Source: Selaginella moellendorffii
Lineage: Eukaryota > Plantae > Lycopodiophyta
DNA: 64,000 bases
Reading direction: 5' to 3'
Assembly: GCF_000143415.4 (NCBI RefSeq)
Contig: NW_003314426.1
Span: 149,959-213,958 of the forward strand
In this document: in pieces, positions 33,901 to 45,125 of the stretch
How positions within the stretch are numbered: position 1 is the stretch's first letter
Layout: each line of letters opens with the position of its first letter
Position numbers and translations under genes: made by a program
The notes under the pieces: model-generated
What the model saw: the letters and a program-made list of their open reading frames with translations, nothing else
Databases searched by the model: none
Told to the model about the DNA's origin: nothing

Positions 33901-35561
33901 GAGATCCACACGATGGATATCCGCGAGATAAAAAGTCTCCACAAGTGTGGTTTTGCCAACCAACACTTCCAGCCCCTCGACACAAGCATCGAAATGCTGA
34001 GCAGAGGTAGCTGCACCTTCCACTGTGTATGGAAGAACTCCACGTGTGTTCAGGCGATGCTCCGCAACAAACTTTGCCGAAACAAAGTTGTCATCGCTCC
34101 CACTATCCAGTAAAATCCGCACTGGATCGCCACGGAACACGCCCTCCAGCATTAAAGCTGATTCACGTGTATCCTCAAGCTCCATCTTGTTCCACACACA
34201 GTTGAGCTGACGAGCAACGATCGAAAGTCGCTTCCTCCGACCGGAATGGTCGTTCTCCTCCTCCTCACGCTGCAAAGTTTGCAACTTTTTAGTATCGGAC
34301 TTACCGTGAGAAGAAGATTGGCCATTCTTCTTGTCCTGCTGCTTGTTCTTCAACTGCGGACAATCAGCCTTGTAGTGTCCAAGTTCGCCGCAATGATGAC
34401 AACCCTGTCTATAATTCTTCACAAAGAACTTCTGCTTCTTGGACCCCTTTGCATCCGAAGTAGTCACCACTGACTTCAACTTGTGATGCTTGTTCCCATC
34501 CTTGTGTCCACGGCGATCATCACGACGATTCTCGACAGAAGGACTCCGCGAACGCTTGCGAGACTTGTGCTTGTCATTGTCAAGGCGACGAGCCGCATCA
34601 AAGAGCTCCTCCAAACTCTTTGTAGGCTGAGAATGACGCAAGTGTTGCCGCATGCTCTCACTATGTAGGCCATCAATGAAGTAGGACTTGTTCTGATCTG
34701 GATCCTTCGTTGGAACACGACTAATCAAGCGAGTAAGCTTCTCAATATAATCCCCAAGCGTCATTTTCCCTTGCTGGAAATGGCGAAGTTCTGTACGAGC
34801 ATTCTCCACGTCGTAATGAGGGGCAAAACGTAAACGGAAAGCAGCCTCAAACTCATCCATGGTAGACACTGGTGGTTTCTTATCCGCAACACGGGACTCC
34901 TCAAGCCAATTCCACCATCGAAGACCCGCATCACGCAAAACCATCGGAATAGCCACTAAAGCCTCTGCATCTGGAGTTCCTCTAGCAGCCAAGAACTTCT
35001 TCACATTGGCTAGCCAAGCAAGACACTCGTCCACACCACCATCACCGGAAAAGGTTGGAATCTTGAGTCGATCTACCAAAGAAGGCTTACTTGGAGCGCT
35101 ACCCCGTCCAGCCTCGAGTGCCTCAACACGCCCACGCATGGTATCCATCATGCCATGCATCTCATCTTGCATCTCTTGCTGATTTTTATTAAGGGCTCGC
35201 AGCTCATGCACCACATCTTGAATGGTCCAAATCTCCGCAGCTTCGTCGGCACCATCGTCGGCACCACCATCGATGATAGGATTCCAGCGTTCAGCTTGGT
35301 CGGCCATCGCAACCAATCCTCTGATACCAATGTTATGATCCGGCGCAAAAAGACAAAGATCTCGTTGCCCTAGACTATGCTACGCCACCTCTTGAGGTTC
35401 CTCACCACCCAACCACCCCCGAGCTACCTCAAAAGCTCCTGCGCCGCCGCTCCACTGTGAGCCCTAGGGTAGGTTAAGTCCCTTACCCTAACATGCCTTA
35501 ATATACCCTTGAGCCTCCCTTTGACCAACGTTGACCACGTAGTCAAAGCTGGCGCCTAACA
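30909..35561 (-). mobile_element. Young Ty3/gypsy element with 5' LTR (35331-35561) and PBS; 3' end replaced by the TRIM
   Basis: LTR TGTTAG..ATAACA on the minus strand; PBS TGGTATCAGAG at 35319-35329; TSD CTCCT at 35562-35566 and 30511-30515. Confidence 0.9.
30955..35307 (-). CDS. Uninterrupted gypsy Gag-Pol polyprotein (gag, CCHC, PR, RT, RH, IN), about 1450 aa
   Basis: CHHCGELGHYKADC, LLDSGS, FLDDILVFS, CDASGY, HPQTDGQTER, YAGPY; the start is taken at the first ATG after the PBS. Confidence 0.95.
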   Translation of the reverse strand: MADQAERWNPIIDGGADDGADEAAEIWTIQDVVHELRALNKNQQEMQDEMHGMMDTMRGRVEALEAGRGSAPSKPSLVDRLKIPTFSGDGGVDECLAWLANVKKFLAARGTPDAEALVAIPMVLRDAGLRWWNWLEESRVADKKPPVSTMDEFEAAFRLRFAPHYDVENARTELRHFQQGKMTLGDYIEKLTRLISRVPTKDPDQNKSYFIDGLHSESMRQHLRHSQPTKSLEELFDAARRLDNDKHKSRKRSRSPSVENRRDDRRGHKDGNKHHKLKSVVTTSDAKGSKKQKFFVKNYRQGCHHCGELGHYKADCPQLKNKQQDKKNGQSSSHGKSDTKKLQTLQREEEENDHSGRRKRLSIVARQLNCVWNKMELEDTRESALMLEGVFRGDPVRILLDSGSDDNFVSAKFVAEHRLNTRGVLPYTVEGAATSAQHFDACVEGLEVLVGKTTLVETFYLADIHRVDLILGMPWLVKVDPEIKWSIKRISLEYGGVKDVWFGEGVQPPVVMLSATSLKRACRNGKALSSYLLFVRDLGDQGTCGGEAAVRDVLDEFSDVFPSELPHGLPPLRGVEHGITLEPGTRPIYRRPFRLSYAEEQEVQRQVKELLEFGFIQPSKSPFGAPVLLVKKKDGSMRMCIDYRALNKKTVKDKMPMPRVDDILDKLGEARVFTKIDLRSGYHQIAMDDASISKTAFNTSFGHFEFTVMPFGLTNAPATFTRLMTEVFGRYLHEFVEIFLDDILVFSKNMEEHRVHLRKVLLLLRDSKLYAKKSKCEFAKSEVEYLGHIVTSKGVKTDPRKVAVVENWPTPTTVAELRSFLGMASYYRRFQYKFAEVAIPLTRLLRKNVPFEWKTPQEESFVALKRLLIEAPVLRIADPSKPYEVTCDASGYALGGVLMQEGQPIAYESRTLNSAEQRYSTYEQELLSIVHALRTWRHYLYGAVFVVLTDHKPLVYLFTQKELNTRQARWMVKLMEFGEFPIEHRPGKSNVVADALSRVRHVTMLRTRFCHYLSKVVSEFGQLVEHAQAQDAEVASLRDQMEAPFSLVDGILYYNGRVYLPQVDALITQVLFHYHDRPEAGHFGGKKTYELIKRNFYWRNMKADILKYCKSCELCQRVKVPREKPGGLLQPLPIPQSRWCSISMDFITCLPRTQRQKEQVWVIVDRLTKYVRLLALRKTVTASDLAAVYLEKVFPDFGLPEDIISDRDSKFTSGFWKSFAKAMQVTLKLSSGDHPQTDGQTERVNQVVEDMLRCSIGQRQGQWDLYLPLVQFAYNNSQHSGTKLSPYFAMFGRHPRTAVELGLHLSKDVQEKLDSEATDLATELDEILVVCKRNLQAAQDRAEKFANEHRQFREYKVGDLVFVRVIFPSSERRNTLVPLRIGKSDKLSHRYAGPYEVLERIGKAAYRVRLPAGVKIHPVFYVSQLKGVLSRSDGPNASLMYTAVEDGPGA

Positions 35562-35815
35562 CTCCTCGACACAAGCCCCCCAGTAGGATCCAGATGGTCA
35601 ACCACAAGGTTGACATACTTCTCCTGGGCGGCACTAAACACCACGATATCGTACACTTTTGAAACCTTCCCCAGAAATTCATCTACGCCTGGTCTCTTCA
35701 TGATGTGGAGTGGTGCATCATCGTCGAATTCCATGCTGAAACTCACAGAAGAGACAAGATCCTTATGAGCGTATACCAGTGTATTGTCTAGATCGAGAAT
35801 GAGTGTCTTCTTCAT
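35562..35815 (-). pseudogene. FCP1/SCP-like CTD phosphatase, 5' half
   Basis: MKKTLILDLDNTLV (DxDxT), KRPGVDEFL, VVFSAAQEKYVNLVVDHLDP. Confidence 0.92.
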
Positions 35816-36545
35816 GATACCCTAAAAAATGACTCGTATTCCGTGGAAATGTAGAAGGGCCACAAAAGGTAACCAAAGGTGCCACGTCTGCCCTAAACTC
35901 TATCCGACGTGGCCTTTTTGTATTCTTGTACCCTACTATTGGCAAAGCCCAAGGGAGCCGGAGGAGCGCGTCGATCCTCAATGCAGCTTAGATTCCAAAT
36001 CTAGGGCTGCCGTGATCGTCTGGCAAGGGCAGAGGTGAGTGCGCTGCTGGTTTGCGGCCTACTGTTGGCGAGGCGGAAGGAGGTGAGCATGCAATTGTAG
36101 CAAGTTTGTTGTGAATCCATTGACGGACAGCTGATGTGCACATTCTAGGCTCCAGCCGTTGGATAAGTGCAGTAACGACTCCTCAATCTCTTTTGTGCTT
36201 TCAGCAACGACTCACAATGTTAACACTGACCAGAGTCCACCATGGAGAGGAAGAGAGCTGCTGGTCCGAAGAAACTACACACTCAGAAGCGATCCGACGT
36301 CATGCTCGAAAGGACCCGCCCACTGGATCCGATTAACCGAGCTCGATCAGGTTGGTCAAAACTTGAAACATCTGCACTTGTCTGACGAAGATCCTCGTTG
36401 AAGCAGGAGCAGGAGAAACTGATCATGATGCATCCGCGTTGCAGGCTGCTCCTGACGCTGGTACGAAGAATTCCTTTTGTTGGCTGACACGACTCTTTGC
36501 TGGTTTGATTCATGACTTGCAGAATATGTTCGGCAATTCCTCGCA

Positions 36546-37600
36546 ATGGCGCAACGCTTGGAGAGATTCAAGATGCTCTCGGCGAATGTTGTGAGCGGGA
36601 TCGTGGAATCGATCCAAAAGGGAGGGGAGACTCCAGTTGCAGCAGCAGGTGGATACAATAATTTCTCTCTTTGGCATCTTTTCGCTTCTGAGTGGCCCCT
36701 TGTCTCTCTTGTCCAGGCCGCTTCTGCAGCAGCTACGAAGTGCTCGCTTGTGTTGGCCAGGGGGCGTCCGGGAAAGTATACAAGTGCCGTAGCAAGGAGG
36801 ACGAACAAATCTACGCCATCAAAGTCATCAAGGTTCGCACAGCAACGAAGTCCAGAGACCAGGATGTCGCGCTCGTCTTCAAGGAGGGAGAGATGCTCCA
36901 GCGCTGCGAACACCCCAACATAGTCAAATACTTCGACATGTGGAAGGAGGAAGGCGAGCCGGGCAAGTCGAAAGTGTACATTGTCATGGAGTTTTGTGGC
37001 CGCTCGCTCCAGTCGGTGCTCCTCGGCGGTGAGTCACCACCTGCAGATGCGTTTAGGCAGCTTCTTCAAGCTGTGGCGCATGTGCACGACAACGTGGGTG
37101 TTCATCGGGATATAGCACCACACAACATCTTCGTCACAGACGATGGACGCATCAAGCTGGGAGATTTCGGTCTTGGTAGGCAAATGAAACATCTCTTCCA
37201 TCTCTCATTTGTTGGCTTACAGCTAAAAATAAGGAGTCCATGCTCGAGACCGAAAATATCAAGAAGGGGAGAGCAGTTTACTACTCTCCCCAGCGCCGGA
37301 GCAACTCAACCTACACTGACATGCTTGCGCTTGGAGTTATACTCTTCGAACTTCATTGGAGGTGTCCCCCGGACCAGGTTTGGCTGCAGTTTGTGCAACG
37401 TGCTTGCTTAGTTTGGTGAATCTGTGTAGGAAAGGGAGTCGGTATTGATTGACGTCCGGGATGGCGTTTTACCAGCAGACTGGGCGTACCAACACCCATC
37501 AATTGCGCCCAAGGTGTTGGAGCTGGTCGCAGCAAGACGCGACCAGCGTCCATCCGCGCGCGACATCCTCTGCGATCCTGCCTGGCAATCTGTTTGGTGA
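36546..37600 (+). CDS. Ser/Thr protein kinase (eIF2-alpha-kinase/GCN2-like catalytic domain, divergent); 5' exons uncertain
   Basis: VGQGASGKVYKC, YAIKVI, HPNIVKYF, YIVMEFC, HRDIAPHNIF, KLGDFGL; intron 37177-37222; then DMLALGVILFEL and RPSARDIL; stop at 37598-37600. Confidence 0.8.
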
Positions 37601-37880
37601 GTTTCTTTCATTACTCTGATTCTCTGCTTGGCTTCTAACATGTCTGTTTGCAGCTGATCGTTGTAGTTGTTTAGATTTACTTGCTCCTTTTTGTCATCTT
37701 TGTAGTCTTGGTCTTTTTCAGCATGCTGATTTCGATTCAGAAATATGAATTCGTTGCCAGTTCATTGCATTTCTGCCAGGCCGAGTTGTTCTCGATCAAG
37801 GTTGCTGAACAACTCAAGGGCTTCCGACATTCTTGTAGTCAGGTTCGGTTCAAGGAACAGGATTGGTAAACAGCACATTG

Positions 37881-38333
37881 ACGGGAGATGCAACAGCGTG
37901 GTGTCCACGGCTGGCTTCTTGTAGGGTCCATGCATCTCACCTCAAGTGGGCAGAGATCGAGTGGAAGCTGGAGAGCTATCCCAATTCTCGGGAGATGCGA
38001 TGAAGAAAATGGCGGGATTGTTGATTTTTGTAGAGAGAATATTCGCACCTTTGACCTGTTGACCTTTTTACAGGGAAACGTTTTCCTACAGGCCTTTCTG
38101 AATTGAATCCAAGGAACCTGGAAGTCAAAACAAGAGAGTAGCTTCAGAACACTCAAAAGCTCACCCCTGCAAGTTCTGTTGTGGTACAGGGTGAATGAGT
38201 TCCCCTTTTTTGACGAGTCTGCAAAATTATAGAAAGGATGAGTCAAATGGAGAGAGAGAGAAATATATATATATGAATTGATCCAGGTTTCTTGTTTTTT
38301 TCATACCTTGAGGAACCAATCGTTCAATTCCAC
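37881..38333 (-). repeat. Right arm of the inverted repeat
   Basis: Reverse complement of 27444-27936. Confidence 0.85.
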
Positions 38334-38673
38334 TGATTTCTTTGCATACTTGAATGCAAAGAATAACAAATAATGAAGCTAGGTGCTTGGTTAGATTGAG
38401 GCAAGTTTTCAAATAGCTAGAACAATCTTTAGCTCTTTTAAGTTGTTTAGTGTTTAACCATCATGACATCAATCTTAAAACATGTCCAGAAGTTGGATTT
38501 TGTGCCCTCTAGATTAATGATGTTAATTTTAGACTCTTTGTCAGTGTTAATCCTTGTAATTTATAGGATAATATAGAGTTTCTCATATATTGTTTTTCAA
38601 ATTTTACTTGATACTCTTCCAGTTCTAGATATGAGGCAAAATAAAGAACTTCATAGTATTTTATATGAAAACT

Positions 38674-41627
38674 TTAAAGTTGCAAATCATTATGACCGCC
38701 ATATTCAGTCTCCTCGCCATTGGCACCAACAGTGTTGACATTCTCATGGCCATCATCTTTGTCATTCGGCATGTCTTCATTGTTGCCTCTTGTAGCTTCT
38801 TGGTGGGTTGGTGTATAATTTGGCATCTCTAATTCCCAAGGACAAGCTTGCTTTATTGCCGCTGGAAACTTCATTGTTGTCGGGTACATGCCTCCATCTC
38901 TCACACCATGCTTTAGGAGTCGTGTGCATACCGGTGTTTCGAGAGGAATACCTCTATATTAGAGATACCTATAATAGAATATAAACAAATTGAGTATAGT
39001 TGAGAAATTGTATGTTATTTAAAAGCCGCTCGACACATGAAGTAAAGTTGGCCAAGTTGTTTATCAAATGGAGTCGTGCTTGTGGCCTTCTTTGGCAGCC
39101 AGTCCTCTCCGAGTTTTATAAGCTTAGTGGTGATGAAGTCCTTGAATGGAAATTGCTCAAGATCATCCCTTATAAAAGGTGCTAGACACATCTCCCTTTC
39201 ATATACAGTTAGTGAAATGTAGACGGTCCTCCTCATCACAGTCTCCATTATACTGTCCAAACCTTTTTCTCCTTCCCTGAGTCTGTTATTAAGGTCGTTG
39301 AGAATGTGTATCTATTCCTCATATGTAAGCTTTGACTTTGAGATGTTGTAAATAATCTCATCTGGAGTCTTGCCCACTAAGAAATAACTTTTGTGAGTAA
39401 CCTTCATGTAAACGCAAACAATACTTACTTTCATGACAAGAAATTTCTATTATAATATCAAACCACTCCTTTGGGCGTCGAGGGTCAGCCACACTAAGTA
39501 ATTTCTTTACCTTTGTCTTCTTTGTGTTGTTGATTTTCTTGTCAATTGTAGCTAATGCTCCAATAGTTCTTGATCATTTTCAGCTCGATACGATTGTGCA
39601 TATGCATCTTGCTTAACCTTCACCAATGGCTGAAGATAACACAAACATTCTATGATAAGAAGTATACTTGTAAAAACATACCTTACTCCACACAGCTGTT
39701 ATAAAAGCCATTGGATTCTTGTACCATCTATTAGCATCTTGACGACCTCGATGATGCCGAATAAGTGATGCTAAATCATCACCATAGTGGCTGCAGACTG
39801 CATCCTCGTCGAGATTGGCAAGAAACCGGATTTGCTCAATATCATGTACTAGGCTTCATTTCTACACTGCAAACTATCCTAACTTGCAAAACACAAATTG
39901 TTAAAAGTGATTGAAGAGGGAGTGGTACCTATGCATTAATTTTGTGGCAAGCTATCACAAGCCTTGCCACATCTAGAGATCCTCTCGTATGTACATGTCC
40001 AACCAGAACATTGATGTGATAGACAGGATTGTCTCGGAAGCATTCATTGATGCACTTTATCCACGCACACCAGCGATGATTCTCGTCGATAATGTAGAAC
40101 ATTTTCCCCACAAATTGTTGAGTCTCAAGATGGCTCATAAGCATGTTGTCAAATTTGCGGGACTTCATTTTCCAAATGTCATCCCAAACCCTCTCGATTT
40201 CTAGTGACACCGAGAGGGTATTTGTCGTTCCTGGCTTGAAGACCGAAACAAGGAACATACCTATGTTTGTCCCAAGGCCATTATGTTTGTACAGACTATA
40301 GATGTTCATGTTGATGAAGTGTGGTGAAGCAGACCGAATGATGCTTGTCTGAGTGAATCGACATAGTGGGATTTCTCGGATTATGTCTCCCGGGCCTTCC
40401 CACTTGAGAAACTCTAGAGTCGTGTGAATGGCCTTTTCTTTGGTTCTCAAAACTGTCTCTTGTAAGTGCTTGTCTACAATGTGTTTAAGTAACTCCACTT
40501 CTCTTTCAGATTCAGCTACACCTCCAGTAGCACCATTATCAGATTTAGCCCTCAGCTTGGGCCTTACACCCTCGTCAGGCGCACTTGGGCACTACTTTGT
40601 AATGTAGTTAGTTTCTGCCATATTTTGTGAATATGTTAAGAGTAGTGGCATTTGTGGTTGTGGCTGCAATGGTAGTGACGACAATCGCGCTGCTGGTGGT
40701 GATGATGGTGGCGGTAGTGGTGGTAATAATGGCGATGATGGCATTGGTGGTAATGGTGGTGATGACGGTGGTGGTAATGGTGGTGATGAAGGTAGAGGTG
40801 GCAATGGTGGTGGCAGTGGTAATGGTGGTGGTGGCATCGATGGTGGTGGTGGCAAAAATGGGGGTGCATGTGGACTAGAGCTATCTGGTTGTGAAGACGG
40901 CAGAGTTGTCACTGTGGAAATCTCTATCTGAAGGCCAACTTGATTGTCATCCTGGATCTCATCTTCCTCATGTCTTCTATTTGATCCAACATCCTTCTCC
41001 TTTTGTAGTTGCTTCCGTTTCTGAAAATAATATAAATTAAAAATGCATAAGAAGCGAGGACTTTGGGGCAAGGACTTGGCGTAGGAGCCGGTTCGCTGGT
41101 GAACTAGCCCTCCTCCCAATGCCAAGTCCAAGTGCCCTAGCTGGGCATTTGGTGCGGGCCGATTCGCTGGCAAACCGGCCCTCCTCCCAGCGCCAAGTCC
41201 AACTGCCTAGGCCGGGCACTTGACGCGGGCCGGCCAAGGTGCTTGGGGGAGGGCCGGTTCGCCAGCAAACTGGCCCGCCCCCAAGCGCCTTGGCCGGCCT
41301 GCCCCCAAGTGCCTTTGCCGGCCCCGCGCAGAGTGCCTGGCCCGGGCACTTGGCACAGGCACTTGGCACGGGTGCCGGTTCGCTGGTGTACCGATGGCCT
41401 GCCCGGGCGGAGTGCCCGGCCAAATGCCCGGCCTGATGCCCGGCCTGGGCACTTGGCAGCGGTGGTGCTGGGCAGCGGTGGCCCTGGGCAGTGGCGGCGC
41501 TGGGCGTGGCATGGCGTGGGCGCGGCAGCACTGGGCATGGCGGTGATGGGCAGCGGCGGCCCTAGGCAATGGCGGCACTGGACGTGGTGTGGGAGTGGAG
41601 GAGTAAAAAACTTACTCTTGGCGGCAT
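38674..41627 (-). pseudogene. Decayed multi-exon gene with a proline-rich region and a ParB-like domain
   Basis: Micro-exon MPPR (41616-41627), intron 41021-41615, exon KRKQ.. poly-Pro; one in-frame stop at 40592 joins it to ORF 39929-40498, which contains GKMFYIIDENHRWCAW (resembles the ParB YxIIDGNHR motif). Downstream exons are degenerate. Confidence 0.55.
41065..41600. repeat. GC-rich repeat array (GGCACTTGGC and GCCGGTTCGCTGG units) in the first intron
   Basis: GCCGGTTCGCTGG-like units at about 41087, 41157, 41253 and 41374; many GGCACTTGG units. Confidence 0.8.
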
Positions 41628-42404
41628 TCTGTTCATCGCTGATGGATCCCACAGTCACTCCCAATCTCCCACTCTCATTACATTCTGCAAATATTTGCTA
41701 GCAATGTACAATTTCTATTCTATCCTAGATTTGATCACATGACAAAGTCCTTTTGAGTTGTAATTTAATAATGGAGGTGTGCTTTAATATGACTATGCTA
41801 TAATGTGGAAATAATGTCACAAACGCATGTGTTGAATTGATGATAGTACGAAATTATAAATGAGAATTATGTGTTTCTTGCAAGTAATAGTATCTTGTCA
41901 GAAAATATAAGATTATTAAATTGTAAGGTGTTATTTCCAAAGCAATGTATATAGATAATTTACTATAGGTGATAGATGGTATTACAAAGATGGAATATAT
42001 TTAAATGAGTTCAGAAGAATATGACGATTTCTGGCTTTAATGAAGTACTGAAAATATGTACAATATTTAATTTGTTTGGCAACAGTTAGTTGATGGTAGA
42101 TCCTAGAATAAAATCATTCATATCTTTCATATTATGGCATATGCTTGAGGTGATATTTCTTTCCGTTCTACCAAAAGTTAGTCCATATAATAAATTTGAG
42201 CATGTTTTTGAATTCAATGTATACAGACTTTTAATATTGTACAACATAGTCCTATATACTTCATATAGAATTTATTATAACAACATTATTCAATGTTAGA
42301 TCCTAGAATAAAATCACCCTTTCTTTTCATATAATGGCATAGCGCATGTTTGAGGTGACATTTCTTTATAAAAGTTTAAAGTTCCAAAACTTAAAGGCAA
42401 CAAA

Positions 42405-45125
42405 ATGGAGAGTTTCCTTTTGCATTACCAAGATCACCCACCGCTTTTTTTCTCTCAAAGTCTTATTTCAGAAAGTTTTCTTTGCCGACGTTTTGATCTT
42501 TCTGTCAGTTCTATTTCATTGGAGGCTGTGATTCGCAACAACATTGGTGTAGTTGAACAATCGGAGTTTCTTCTTTTAGGTGTAGGTGAAGGTGGACAAC
42601 ATTGGGATTTACAACATTCCAAGTTAAAGGAGATTCGAGTTTTTGGATCTCCAATCAAAGTGCGAGGCTGCAATCCTGCCAAAGTGAATGTGAAGCAAGA
42701 TTCGGTCATCATCATTTCTTCCTATTCTAGTTCTAATGGAGATTTTAGTCTAGTGCAAGCTAAGAATTTTCCAAACTCGAACTTCACTGATATTCAAAGT
42801 TGTTTGCAATGCTTTCCAGTTTTCACACCTCTCTATCGTGTGTTCCTTTCTGGATAGGCCCGTTAGCAAGCTCCCATCTACATAAAATGGCAATATCTTC
42901 TTTGAACTACCACCTTTTGTCAGCTCAAAACAAAAGGGGATCGAGACGAAGCAGGACTTTCACAACTAGTGCAAGATTAAGACCACACATTTCCAGCATT
43001 TCAAAGGCACAGTGTTCATGGTTCATTGTGGTGGGTATTTGGATTGTGTGAATAAAGCATGCAATTGAGAGCGTGGTAAAAAACTCCATATTTTTTGAAG
43101 GATTTGCAACCAATCCTCTCATCTGTGACACCATTGGTGTTGGATTCAAGTGTCAGTTTTGCAAGAATGCTCCATTGTGTTGTGCCATCTACGGGGCCAA
43201 GATATACTATTTTCTTCCATGGGATGGAGAGGCTGGTAGAGTTGCAGTACATATTGGGACACACACACATCCAATGCAGGAAGGGATACAAGGGAGTTCA
43301 GTCAACCGTTTCAAAGATGCAATGCAAATAGAGACTGTAAGAAACTCATCTGCAACTCTAAAGCATGTTCAAAAGACAGTGCTCAAGGATTTTATCACAA
43401 GCACTTTACTTGATCCAGACTGCAAGAATACTCAACTGGATGAGACTAACTTGCGGGAGTTATTACGACATGTGCAACTTGCAACTAGCCTCAGGAGGTA
43501 TGAAAATATTATTACATACTTTTCAATAATATCTCTCTTACATTTTGTTTTATTTAGGATAAAATCTTGGATGTGTGAATCTCAAGAGGGGAAACTCCAA
43601 TAAAAAATCAACTCAATCCTTGAACTAAAATGGATTTATCCCTACAAGTTTATCCACCTTATCAAGCTAGATTTCCAATTAGCATTTAAAGAGTTGTGCA
43701 AACAATGGCAGGCTGTACCTTCTGAAGAAGAGCACAAGGCAAAAACAAACAAGATTTGAATGTGGTGGCATAAAAATAGCCATACTGACGTAAATTGTCT
43801 ACCACAACTTGAGTCATGGTTGGGGTGGTGGGAAGTTAGAATGTTCTAATGGGGACATAACTCTTTTCAGATTGGTTTTTCTTTTTTTCCTCTCTTTTTA
43901 TTGCTTTTTAATATCATCTTTTTATAAGGATCAACTACTTAAAGATCTTGCATACACCCCAATTTTGAATCTCTCAGAGAGTAAATATTGGAGCTGGCAT
44001 TCCTCTGAGGCAGGGAAAGGGAAAATGAGTCTATATGAAACATGTCTATCAAATTTGATACACGTTGTAGAGCAACCTTCAAAAGCCTTGGCATTTGAGG
44101 AAGGAAGATACATGGGAACAGGACTTTCGATTGAGATGTTACAAGAAGAAAGTGACTCCACCAGCACAAACAGTGGCAACTGCAGTGGAGGAAGTGGTCC
44201 GTGGAACATCTATGGAGTACACTCCCCAGGCTTCTATTGGTGATATGAAGACCGTCCGCTCAAAGCGTCGCTTTTCCTTTGTTGGTGAAGATGTTAGCAC
44301 AGATCTTGGAGCAAAAAGCTCTCACAAGCTTGATGTTGAGTATCATTCTGCTCCAAGACATCACCCCCGAACCGAGCCACCTCAAGTGGCTGATGAAGAA
44401 AGTGCATCACAGCAAGTTGAAATTGCTTATTGTAGCATAGAGCCGAAGCAATGGGCAATCCATCGAGTGCCAGCAAAATCAATTGTAAGGTGTGTGGGGA
44501 TGCTTTTGAGAGGCAAGTGTTGGGCTTGGATCCGTGGTGACAAGTCTGCTTCTATTCCAGCCCCATATTTTTATGGGGAACGAAAGCAAGTAGAATTTTC
44601 AAGATGGTGTTGGTTATATTGCTACAACATTGATGTCAACCATACAAAGTGGCTTGAAAACACTATAGAGACTAAACCTGATGCAGTACCTAAAGAATGG
44701 CCAGTTGCTAATGGGGTTGCGCTCACCTCGGATGAGATTGAAAACCTTGAGAAATCTGGTTTTAATCTTGAAAGGTAAGGCAGTTAAATTTATTGGTACC
44801 ATCTCCAAGTAGAAGCAAGGTAAAATAAACTTGGCTCAAACACTTGAGTATGAGATTCTCTCCACAAAGTACATCATTGCGTTTGCAAAGGAGTATATAG
44901 TCAAAACAGAAGGTGGAGAGTACATAATTGCCATTCAAGACTTTCCTTCTTGCACATGTCCAAACTTTACGAAATGCGAGGAATATGGGAAGGCATATGC
45001 TTTTGCAAGCATATGTACTACATCTTTATCAACATCTTGCACCAGGATCCTAAAGTGGATATTCATATACACCAAACAAGTCTTATTATTGCCGAGTTGC
45101 AGAAAACTTTTGGAGCTAATTAGAT
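42405..45125 (+). pseudogene. Decayed transposase-like gene (GCM/WRKY-type Zn domain, NLSES motif, C-terminal SWIM finger); MULE-related
   Basis: FKCQFCKNAPLC..AKIYYF..RVAVHIGTHTHP; PILNLSESKYWSW; EYIIAIQDFPSCTCPNF..(frameshift)..CKHMYYIF, a CxCx(n)CxH SWIM signature. Confidence 0.6.

Noticed and set aside
41037-41701. GC-rich ORFs on both strands
   Set aside because: Produced by the repeat array; no recognisable domain; the region fits an intron.
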